From Tetramitus jugosus (lineage: Eukaryota; Protista; Heterolobosea), in NCBI GenBank assembly GCA_937625935.1, contig OW569382.1, forward strand, positions 1 to 64,000: a stretch of 64,000 bases of DNA, written 5' to 3'. Position numbers and translations under genes: made by a program. Shown here in pieces: positions 55,046-64,000 of the stretch (position 1 is the first letter of the stretch; every line of letters starts with the position of its first letter). Under the pieces are notes generated by a model, which did no database searches, had not been told where the DNA came from, and worked only from the letters and a program-made list of their open reading frames with translations.

Positions 55046-56185
55046 ATGGGAGCCTTTTTGTGCAAGGATGATCCTGCTGTGACACGCAACGATGCTCACC
55101 CGTACGGCAACTCCAAGTTGTCCCAACAGATACCTACCACCAATATTCAAGAGTTGTTGTCATTCCAGTCTGACGTCCTGGCACTTATTGTCTCTTTTCT
55201 GGCCCATGTGGACAAGCAAGCCAGAATTGCAATGTCCAACAAGTCTGCGGATCGCAACGTGTTCAATCTGAGCTACTGCTGCAAAGAATTTCATTTCAGT
55301 ATTCATTACTCTGACGGTATGAACGAATTTTGGAAGAATCGCCTGTTGCACTACTTTAGTTTCTCTCGGTGGAATCGGAGCTTGTTGTACCAAAAGGAAA
55401 ATGATGCTTATTTGGCACAAATGGTGGATGATTATACGCAAGAAGCAAGTGGATATCGATACTTGTCACAAGCCGAGAAGGAGAGAGTGGGTCTAATGCC
55501 GCCACTGTCCTTCTTTTTTCAGTATCAGATTGAACAATTGAAGGCGATTCGTGAGTTGAGTCAAAAGAAAAACGTGAGATTTATATCACTCACGGGATAC
55601 CACTTGTCAGATGAGCTTGAAGTGATTGATTTCCTTGTTCGACATGTGGCTGATAGGCCGAAACGAAGTCACGAGCGCATATCTCTGACGAATTTGGAGT
55701 ATGAAAAGTGTCATCCTATGGCTCAAAAATTGTTCACCCTTTGTACGAGAATTACTCAGATATGGGTTGACAATAAGCCAATTGTTATTGTACGTATGGA
55801 GCGAAGTGTTGTAGGCTATTACAAGTACAGAGGCTTATCATTTTATGGATACGTCTACTGCGATCGAGAAATCGAACCGAGTGAAGAACCAAACAGCACA
55901 AGCTCAGATAGTCAAATAGCACTCCAAGAAGGACATTTTAAGTCGTCTGGAATTGCTTCCACAGAGAGAAGAGTTATATACTGGATGAAAACCGAGGCAG
56001 GAAAGGTGTTGACAAAGAGAGCTGATAGTTTGTTCCAGGCTCCCCTTTGGAGAGCTGCAGATGAAGAACATACCAAACGACGTCTAAAAGTGAAGAAACG
56101 CATCATTGGCGTACACGACTACAACCACAAGGACACCCTATCGGATTGGCTCAATGGTTCCATCAAGGATGTCTATTGGCGATAA
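55046..56185 (+). CDS. F-box-like protein with N-terminal MGxxxC acylation motif
   Basis: MGAFLC start; LLSFQSDVLALIVSFL..NLSYCCK..FWK resembles an F-box. Confidence 0.62.
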   Translation: MGAFLCKDDPAVTRNDAHPYGNSKLSQQIPTTNIQELLSFQSDVLALIVSFLAHVDKQARIAMSNKSADRNVFNLSYCCKEFHFSIHYSDGMNEFWKNRLLHYFSFSRWNRSLLYQKENDAYLAQMVDDYTQEASGYRYLSQAEKERVGLMPPLSFFFQYQIEQLKAIRELSQKKNVRFISLTGYHLSDELEVIDFLVRHVADRPKRSHERISLTNLEYEKCHPMAQKLFTLCTRITQIWVDNKPIVIVRMERSVVGYYKYRGLSFYGYVYCDREIEPSEEPNSTSSDSQIALQEGHFKSSGIASTERRVIYWMKTEAGKVLTKRADSLFQAPLWRAADEEHTKRRLKVKKRIIGVHDYNHKDTLSDWLNGSIKDVYWR

Positions 56186-56331
56186 AAACCAAACATCGGA
56201 CAAACAATTGCTGTTCAGAACATCATGCAACCACCACACACCCTTCCAAAAAGAATAAAAAAGTAAATAAAAGTAGAATTCAATTTATTCTTCTTCTCCA
56301 TGGAAAGCAAAAAAATCATCAAACCAAAATC

Positions 56332-58788
56332 ATGAATCAAAACAACATCCAACAACAACAACCATCACAACCACCACTCTCAACTTCAACTTTCTCTCCT
56401 TCATCCACAACATCCTCTCCCCACTCTCCCACCTCCAACAACTCGACCAACAACTCTACCGACAACTCTACCAATAACACTTCCAATAACAGTAATAATA
56501 ATAGTAACAATAATGAAGAACCAACGATACTTCAATTACTCATCAGTACAGCTTCTTCACTCAAGAGAGCATTTCCACAGTACAAGCATGTTACGATTGG
56601 TGACTTGGTATTCGGATTGGTCATGGTTGCTCATCAACATGACTCTCACCGTTTTTATGAACAAGAACTCGAAAATCCAAAGTGTCTCAAAATTCCTCCG
56701 ACGACAATGATAACTCCGATGACTACAGCTAAAAATAGTCTTCACATGTGGAAACCACACAAGTATATTAATCCGGAGCATGTTCCAATGACTCTGATTG
56801 AAAAGAGTCATTTGTTGTGTCATTATTCTGATTTGGTGTATTATCCAATTTGTCATTGGGAAGAAGAAGCGCAACAGCAGCAGTTTCAATCCGAAGCTGA
56901 ACACCAATTGGAAAACGGTGAAAATTTAGAAAACGCGGAAAATGCGGAAAACGCGGGAAATGAAAAATTACAGGTTGAAAAATCTGAAAACTCAGAACAT
57001 GCATGTGGTAATCGTAATAGTAGCAATCGAATGGAATGGACACATGATCCAAATTCATCAGAGACAACAACAGAGGGATTGAATTCTATTCTAATGCCAC
57101 ATGCCTATTTGGACAATGGAATGAGACCGACGAGTTACATGAGACATTTGCTGTATTATCGATCGGAATCAAAGCACTGTCAACAAGTGTACATGTGTAA
57201 ATTGGATTTGAATCTAAAGAGCTTGATTGTGAGTATTCGAGGAACGAAAAACGTGTTTGATATATTTACGGATTTGTCATGTGAGGCGAGTGAATTGGAA
57301 GCGCATGAATTTTATTTGACAACGCGACAACAAGGAGAGAAGAATCGGAATCTATCAGCATCATTGCAGTGTGAAACGTTGTGTGAGACGAGTCATGCTG
57401 ATAATGGCGATAATGAAAAGTATGATCAAATGATCAAGGGTACGGTTCATGGTGGGTTTGTCAAATCGGCCACCTCAATGTTTAATCAAATGAAGCCGTT
57501 GATTGATGCCTTGTTCTTGAATCGAAATAAGCCACTATTGGGCACGGATGATGACACACAAATGATGAAATCGTCAAAACATACGATTGTTCATCCTCGG
57601 TTGCATCAGGAGATTGAAACGTATCGCAATGAGATTCAATCTATTGATTTGTGTGGTCATTCGATGGGTGGTGGAGTCGGTACCATCTTGGCCATCTTGT
57701 TGCGAGAGTACTTTATCAAGCAACGCGAGAAGTGCCGCCAGAGTGATCACAGCGATGAAAGTACTGTTTTTTGTCCTGATATTCAAGTGACGACATTTGG
57801 TAGTTCTGCACTCGTTGATGCCAAGTTGTCTCAGTGGTCACAATCATTTGTCAATTCATTTATTTTGGGTGGTGATATCGTCCCTCGTTTGTCTCTCGGT
57901 CAATCAGAGATTTTGCGCCAGGAAGTGAATGCAACCAACTGGAGAGATCGCTTACAAATGATATTGAGTGAGCATGAGAGAGTGGGCTATGTGGCCAATA
58001 AGGCAGATCAATGGCTCACGAGCTGGGGATTGCCTGGTATTTTTAACACGCCTACGAGTGGCACAAACAGTGCGACATCTCCCATGTCTAAAGATGCAAA
58101 TGATGAGGATAGTGTGTTGGCAGGGCCCATGCTTACAGATGCTGCGGAAGCGTTGACGACCTTGGAACAAATGCCGCCTCTTGTAACACTATTCCCACCT
58201 GGTAACTGCTACCTTCTTGTTCCTCTCCGTCACAATGCTACTCGTATCGATTTCAAACAGGTGCTGTTTGATGCAATTGATACTCGGTTCGGTGGAGGCA
58301 ACAGTGAAGATATGACAGAGAGTGACTCAACAGAAGAGAACAGCAGTAAGAAAAGTGTTCTGGAGCGACTGAAAACCGAGTCCACACCGAAGAAGAAGCG
58401 GAGTTACAAGAGTTGGATCAGTAATAGTCTGGGTAACGTTCTGAGAAGCACTGCGAGCAGTCTAATCGAAGACACTCCAGCATCACATCGTGACAGCACA
58501 GAACAGAGTAAGTATCCTGTTCGAGTCATTACGCGGTGCAGTCCAGGGGCAAACAAGGAAGGCTTTGTGCTACGGAGAGTAGATGCTCAACACTTTGACA
58601 AAATCATATTGAGTCAGTACATGTTCGATGATCACAGATTGGACCACATGTTTGACGCATTTAGTTGTGTCTTGAGTATGGAACGGAGGATGATTGAACA
58701 GAATCAAGTTTGCCTCGATGACAACAACATAGATGAAGCACAAGAGTTGTATGTCAGTGCCAAGATACCCTCATTTCCTCAACAATAA
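56332..58788 (+). CDS. Class 3 lipase (DAG-lipase-like)
   Basis: IVSIRGT..DIFTDL, VHGGF, nucleophile elbow GHSMGGG, DIVPRLS, late DH. Confidence 0.9.
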   Translation: MNQNNIQQQQPSQPPLSTSTFSPSSTTSSPHSPTSNNSTNNSTDNSTNNTSNNSNNNSNNNEEPTILQLLISTASSLKRAFPQYKHVTIGDLVFGLVMVAHQHDSHRFYEQELENPKCLKIPPTTMITPMTTAKNSLHMWKPHKYINPEHVPMTLIEKSHLLCHYSDLVYYPICHWEEEAQQQQFQSEAEHQLENGENLENAENAENAGNEKLQVEKSENSEHACGNRNSSNRMEWTHDPNSSETTTEGLNSILMPHAYLDNGMRPTSYMRHLLYYRSESKHCQQVYMCKLDLNLKSLIVSIRGTKNVFDIFTDLSCEASELEAHEFYLTTRQQGEKNRNLSASLQCETLCETSHADNGDNEKYDQMIKGTVHGGFVKSATSMFNQMKPLIDALFLNRNKPLLGTDDDTQMMKSSKHTIVHPRLHQEIETYRNEIQSIDLCGHSMGGGVGTILAILLREYFIKQREKCRQSDHSDESTVFCPDIQVTTFGSSALVDAKLSQWSQSFVNSFILGGDIVPRLSLGQSEILRQEVNATNWRDRLQMILSEHERVGYVANKADQWLTSWGLPGIFNTPTSGTNSATSPMSKDANDEDSVLAGPMLTDAAEALTTLEQMPPLVTLFPPGNCYLLVPLRHNATRIDFKQVLFDAIDTRFGGGNSEDMTESDSTEENSSKKSVLERLKTESTPKKKRSYKSWISNSLGNVLRSTASSLIEDTPASHRDSTEQSKYPVRVITRCSPGANKEGFVLRRVDAQHFDKIILSQYMFDDHRLDHMFDAFSCVLSMERRMIEQNQVCLDDNNIDEAQELYVSAKIPSFPQQ

Positions 58789-58892
58789 GGCGATCTTGAC
58801 GATCTTGAGGTAGCATCGAAATTCTTCATTAACATGAACTCATTGTAAGTTCAATTCCGGAGTTAGTTGAAATGGAACGGCTGCAGGAAACT

Positions 58893-58930
58893 ACGCCCGA
58901 GTTCAACCTCACTCCGTTGAACTCGGGCGT
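58893..58930. repeat. Perfect 15-bp inverted repeat with 8-nt spacer
   Basis: ACGCCCGAGTTCAAC-CTCACTCC-GTTGAACTCGGGCGT. Confidence 0.9.
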
Positions 58931-59048
58931 CATGTCACCGCCGCTCCACCTCCCCTTCTAGGATAGGATAAAATCCAAAGCCTTCTTTCAGCCAATTGTG
59001 TCACAAACAACAACACATATCCCAGAATACAAACAACAAAACTACAAC

Positions 59049-59525
59049 ATGATCATCCATGAGGGCCTATTGCACCAAACTGAGTGCGTCATTATTCACA
59101 AAGAAACCGGACTTGCACTCGACTGGAGTCAATCTGAGAATCCAAACAACACTAAGCCTGTAGTCATCCTCTCCCCATTGGATGTCAACCAAAGAACACA
59201 GAGATGGCAATTCCATTTGAACTTTCTCTACAACTATGTGATTACCACTACCAATGATGCCAAACTTGCAATTCAGGTAGATCCATCCTCTGGTATTGTC
59301 TTGGGTTCTCACAACATTGGACAAGGTGTCCACTGGAGAAGTTATGGTCAAACATGGGCAGTTGAAACCGTTGGACAAACTGATTTGCACAACATTGTTG
59401 AGGTCACTGGTGATAAAACAAAGGGTAAAGCACTTGAATCTGCTGATGGTGCTACCAACACTCCATTCACATCCAAGGTTGATGAATCCAATGTCAACCA
59501 ATTGTGGGAAGTGAGAAAGGTGTAA
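59049..59525 (+). CDS. Ricin B-type (beta-trefoil) lectin-like protein
   Basis: Three QxW repeats (QRW, QTW, QLW) with TGLALD/GKALE starts; no signal peptide. Confidence 0.75.
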   Translation: MIIHEGLLHQTECVIIHKETGLALDWSQSENPNNTKPVVILSPLDVNQRTQRWQFHLNFLYNYVITTTNDAKLAIQVDPSSGIVLGSHNIGQGVHWRSYGQTWAVETVGQTDLHNIVEVTGDKTKGKALESADGATNTPFTSKVDESNVNQLWEVRKV

Positions 59526-59739
59526 TATCCAACGTTGGAATAAAATCTACTGACACTCGAACATGATTTAGAAACAAATTTTATTACTGCCCACCTTTTT
59601 GCATCTTGTGGCGGACTGTTGCGACTCATACCCAAATTCATGACCACATGCATCAATCCATGGATAGATCGGCAGATCTCCGATTCACACACCTTCGTCT
59701 GACTTGGTGAAACAAAAACAACAACAAGAAGGCCCAATC

Positions 59740-61164
59740 ATGTTGCGTGCTTTCCGGACAACACCCAAAAGCTTTTTGCGATCATCATTGTCGCACAAGC
59801 GATCAATCCTTTCAACAAACAATAGCAAATTGTTTCAATTGAAACAACAAGAACAAAAACACGTGCTTTACTACGCTACAGTAGATCCCAAACAATCAAC
59901 AACTGAAGAGAAAATTTCTCTTGATGACGATCGTCATCCCATTCAACAGTTGAATGATCAAAATGAGATCAAAGTAGCTACATACTACAAACAACATCAT
60001 CACGGTATGAGAAACATGATTGTAAAGACATTGATGTTTACTGTTGGTTGCACCTTGTTTGTCTTGTTGGTGGATCAACTGTATCACAAGGATGAATCCA
60101 GTTTGCTTGACACCATGATCCTCAATCCAATAAAGAGCTCTAATTCGTTGTCTTCTTCGTTGTTGGAGAGAAGTACGATTGGAAGCTCCAATGAGGAACA
60201 ATTGAGACTTTTGGGTGAAATGTGGGATCGTTTCAAGTGCGACGTGAAGCGCTATCCTGAGCTTTACTGGATTATTGGCGCCAATGTCGCAGTCTTTTTG
60301 CTTGTTCGAGCTCGATGGAGAGATCCTCGTTTTTATCCATTTTTTGCAAAGCACATGAGTGTGTCTGTGATGGGCACTGTAATGATGGCTCAGCAAGGAA
60401 TGAAAAGATATCACACTTTGTTGACGAGTAGCTTTACTCATGTGGGAGGTCTTCATTTGGCGTTTAACATGTATGCGCTATACAATATGGCACCACTATT
60501 GATTGCGCACTTGGGAACAGCGACATTTTTGTCATTTTATTTCAGTGCGGCGTTGGTGAGTGGTATGGGTGCGTTGACTGTTGATTTGTTACGAAATCGT
60601 GTCATTCGTGGAAGTATTGGTGCCTCAGGTTGTATATTTGCCGTTTTGGCAGCCGGTTTAGCTCTCATGTCTGATGATGCCAGGGTTTCGCTCATCTTTT
60701 TGCCATCGTCCTACAGTTTTGATCCCAAAATCTTCTTGCCCATTTATCTGTGTGGAGAAATCTTGTTCAATATATTGCAGAAGAAGGTGAGTTTAGGAAC
60801 GGCTGCTCATGTTTCTGGAGCACTATTTGGTTATTTGATCATGTCGTTGCTACGCACACGCGAGCACCATCGAAAACCAAGAAAAGTCAGTGTCAATTTG
60901 AGACATCACTTTTATCAAGGAGATGTTGTGCAATTCAGGGCAAATGGCCAAGGAAGAATGGTGTCAAATGTGCTCAAGTATGAAGGAGGATTCAAGAATG
61001 ACAAATTCAATGGTTATGGTGTCCTGGAGACACCTGCACTGAGGTACATTGGCATGTTTGAGAAGGGTCATTTCCATGGACCAGGTAAGTTGCAAGTGTT
61101 GAGTGGTGGAAAGGTTGTAAAGACTATTGTGGGCGAATTTGCTGAAGGAAAAGGACAGCAGTAG
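59740..61164 (+). CDS. Mitochondrial (PARL/Pcp1-like) rhomboid protease with C-terminal MORN repeats
   Basis: Basic presequence; LLTSSFTH..HLAFNM, GASG (Ser), AHVSGALFG (His); YQGD..GQG, YEGGFKNDKFNGYG, YIGMFEKGHFHGPG. Confidence 0.88.
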   Translation: MLRAFRTTPKSFLRSSLSHKRSILSTNNSKLFQLKQQEQKHVLYYATVDPKQSTTEEKISLDDDRHPIQQLNDQNEIKVATYYKQHHHGMRNMIVKTLMFTVGCTLFVLLVDQLYHKDESSLLDTMILNPIKSSNSLSSSLLERSTIGSSNEEQLRLLGEMWDRFKCDVKRYPELYWIIGANVAVFLLVRARWRDPRFYPFFAKHMSVSVMGTVMMAQQGMKRYHTLLTSSFTHVGGLHLAFNMYALYNMAPLLIAHLGTATFLSFYFSAALVSGMGALTVDLLRNRVIRGSIGASGCIFAVLAAGLALMSDDARVSLIFLPSSYSFDPKIFLPIYLCGEILFNILQKKVSLGTAAHVSGALFGYLIMSLLRTREHHRKPRKVSVNLRHHFYQGDVVQFRANGQGRMVSNVLKYEGGFKNDKFNGYGVLETPALRYIGMFEKGHFHGPGKLQVLSGGKVVKTIVGEFAEGKGQQ

Positions 61165-61363
61165 TTTGTGGTAAAATTGCCTGAACCAGTTTTTTACTGA
61201 GCCGTTTTTTTTGCGGTGATACCCAGAATTGCGTCGCAACCAAAAGGGGTACTTGGGACACTGCGAAATTTCACAAAGAAGGGGGTATTGTCACAACGTT
61301 GTCAAACGAAAATTAGGAGAACGGATAGACCCCAAAACTTCGCAACAAACAATCACAAACAAG

Positions 61364-63076
61364 ATGGCCAATACGTGGCTCGAGCGTCAAGCACTAAACG
61401 ATGAAGTATTGTCGTGGAGAGATGGATGGTATGAGCCGTACAACTACACAACATTTATTGGCACATCGTTCACGTTGCAAAGGTATGTAAATAATTTACT
61501 TGTCAGAATTGTGTGGGTGATGGAAATGAACTCATTGTACTGAAATTAATATCAATAGAGATGGCTGGAGCTCGCCTGTCCTTTCATGGATTTTCATTGT
61601 CTACTATGTTTTTATAACGCCGACACTAGTTGCTCTTCTGATATGGAGAAGAAACAAGCAGCCTATTAAGGCCAGAAGTTCTCTGTTAATGATTTTTACA
61701 GTTGTATCTCAGCTTGTGCTTGTTTTGTCGACAACAGGTATGTTTTACATAAATTCATTTAATTCGTTCGTCTGTGCCACATATGAACGAAAATTGCTAA
61801 CTGTGAATGACGATTGGAAGTTCGTTTGGGAATTGGAAGGTGGAGATATCCATGTATATTGTACTCTGTGGTATTCTCGATTCTTGTTCCATACTACTTC
61901 ATTCCGACCATCTTTCGAATGTGGCGTCTCTTCTTCATATTCAGAATCAGTCAGCTGAAAGGCAATCTAGGTGGCAAGAAAAAGGAACGAAAGGAACTTG
62001 CCGAAGTTGTAGAGGAGATAGAGATGAATTCTTCGCCATTCGATGGATATACTCAAGAAACAGACACAGACTTTGATTTCAATCGGAAGAAGAGTCGATC
62101 TATTGCCATTCAAAAGTTTCTCTTCTCCAATCGGTTCTTAGTATCTGTGCTTGTGGCGGTGATGATTATACATTTCCTCATTTGGTTTTTTGCTCTGTTT
62201 ATCCCGTATCCCAATCAACAGAATCTCAAGGAGATGTTTGCGTTTCGATTCACATGTGGGTCTGATGTGCCTCGTTCCGTTATCATTGGTGTTCAGATTA
62301 TTTTCTACCTTTGTATCCAAGCAACGTTTTTGGCAACGTTGTATATATTCAAGATCAGGGACAAGTGGGGAGTGCGTTTGGAGCTTACAGTGTCATTGCT
62401 TATTATTTCCGTGACATTTGCAGCCACACTACTGTTAACGAGTATGGGTGATCTCATTTACTTGAAACCTGAAGCTGCTTTTCCTGCAGTTTTCTACGGT
62501 TTATTTGGACTTTCTATTGACTTGGTTTGGAGTTGTATGTGGCCTATCATCCAATCATTCTTCCCCAAGAACAATAAGCAACTAGATGAGGAACCAGATT
62601 CATTACTCATGGAGGTGCTAGAAGATGAAAACTTTCGGGCAGTCTTTAAACAGTATTGTGCGGCTTCTCTCGTTGTAGAACCAGTATGTTTCTATGAGGA
62701 TAATTGTGAATTCGCTGATCCAAGCAACATGAGCAACAAGAGGCTAATTCGCGAGGCGAAACAAATGATTGAAAAGTACTGTAGAGATAATTCTCCCTTA
62801 TTGCTCAATTTGCCAAACAAGGACAAAATGCTGGAGCCAATCGAGTCCAAGATTAAGGAATACGAAGCAAGGTTGATTCACGAAGCCCAGAACAAGTCGA
62901 ACGACACGCCACAAGAGAGATGGGTCGATCCTAACTTATTCATCAGGATCAATAACGTTTGTCTGAGTGATATGAACAATGATACATTTGTTAGGTTCAG
63001 ATTAGATTCTGCATATGAAACCTACTTGAAGGAGAAACAGAAGCTAGTGAAACAGCAGCAACAATTCGGAATTTGA
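61364..63076 (+). CDS. 7TM-RGS protein, 3 exons
   Basis: Introns 61483-61558 and 61738-61820; TM region then RGS-like LMEVLED..FKQYC..EPVCFYE..IEKYC..SPLLLNL..DTFVRF. Confidence 0.85.
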
Positions 63077-63222
63077 TTCAGTGTTGATAAACAATCCAGC
63101 ACAATTTTTGTTGTTAGGTTTCTGACAGATGTATGTCTCAACAACATTGTTCTTTTCATTTGCGGACATTGTTCGTTGACCTCGAATTTGATTTCAATTG
63201 CAACATGCAATATTCAGTTTTA

Positions 63223-64000
63223 TTATGATGCTTCTTCACTAGCAGGTGTTGAGCGCCTCTTAAGAATTAGATGTTCTTTCTGAATCTTGGCAGTCACTAA
63301 GGTTTCTACAACAGGTTCATGTGTCAGCGGGTCAATGTTAGATGGGAATTCAAATCGATAGTTTTGCAAAAATCTGACCACAATAGCTGTGATCTCAGTC
63401 ATGGCAAATTTCTTTCCCACACAAGTGCGAGTACCATAACTGAATGCCTGAAAAGCAGTAGTTTCATACTTCTTAGTGGAGCGATCAGGGTCGAAAACGA
63501 GAGGTGCTTCCCAGATTTTCTCATTCATGTGAGCAATGTACGTATTCACCAAGATGTTGGTGCCTCGAGGAATGTTGAATCCTCCCAAAGTATCATCTCC
63601 TTTTGCCACCTTTGGCACTGCGACGATCGGACTATGCATTCTTAGACACTCATTAATACATTTCTGAACATAGGGCAATGAAGAATCATATGAAAAACTT
63701 CTACCCTCCAGTTCTCTATCAATTTCATCAATACACTTTGTCTGGATATGAGGATTCTTGGCCAGTTCGCAGAATAGATGTCCCATGACAGTAGCCGATG
63801 TCTCATGACCTGCAAAAAGAAAGATAAAGGTATTGGATAGAATCTCTTGATCAGTCAGCCTTGACTCTCCCTCACCAAGCTCATTCGACTTCAACAACAG
63901 ACTGATCAGATCTGAGCGAGCTTCAAAACCTTTCTTTCTCCTTTGATTCAAGAGATCAAGGATATAGTTCTGAACTGCTGTCTTGGCATTCCAAATCGGA
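63223..64000 (-). CDS. Cytochrome P450 (5' part beyond window)
   Basis: FAGHETS, ECLR, FDPDR, heme motif FSYGTRTCVG. Confidence 0.95.
   Translation of the reverse strand, partial: PIWNAKTAVQNYILDLLNQRRKKGFEARSDLISLLLKSNELGEGESRLTDQEILSNTFIFLFAGHETSATVMGHLFCELAKNPHIQTKCIDEIDRELEGRSFSYDSSLPYVQKCINECLRMHSPIVAVPKVAKGDDTLGGFNIPRGTNILVNTYIAHMNEKIWEAPLVFDPDRSTKKYETTAFQAFSYGTRTCVGKKFAMTEITAIVVRFLQNYRFEFPSNIDPLTHEPVVETLVTAKIQKEHLILKRRSTPASEEAS

Noticed and set aside
6807-63645. Numerous 60-170 aa ORFs antisense to or nested in larger genes; poly-N/Q/T codon runs
   Set aside because: Shadow frames of real genes and ordinary low-complexity tracts for this genome.

Overview
Left end of a linear eukaryotic chromosome from a compact, intron-poor protist genome using the standard code. 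The centrin sequence, 7TM-RGS receptor, Zn2Cys6 factor and short GT-AG introns point to a heterolobosean (Naegleria-like) amoeba; this assignment is inference. Bases 1-879 are a (CCCAAA)n/TTTGGG telomere. A ~5.5 kb subtelomere follows, with palindromic GGTGGAGC-N6-GCTCCACC sites, internal telomere seeds, a ~155 bp degenerate repeat, a decayed tyrosine-recombinase gene and a GDPD pseudogene fragment. From 6.5 kb on there are about 30 densely packed genes (ABCB half transporter, eIF2B-alpha, centrin, RCL1, mL44, OST3/6, PMCA, UBX, GST/GHR, an F-box cluster, lipase, rhomboid, 7TM-RGS, P450 and others) and one tRNA-Asp. Top observations: (1) a 1.7 kb transposase-less Fanzor1 (eukaryotic TnpB-like RNA-guided nuclease) element, now pseudogenised, with a readable TTAA duplication, GGT...ACC ends and a structured 3' omegaRNA candidate, inserted at a host stop codon; (2) a subtelomeric tyrosine recombinase with candidate recombination sites; (3) a head-to-head TLDc plus IFI44-like GTPase pair; (4) a 7TM receptor whose RGS domain is replaced by a permuted papain-like domain; (5) a candidate structured ncRNA cluster at 41.05-41.65 kb. 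All family assignments come from motif recognition by eye, not from database searches.
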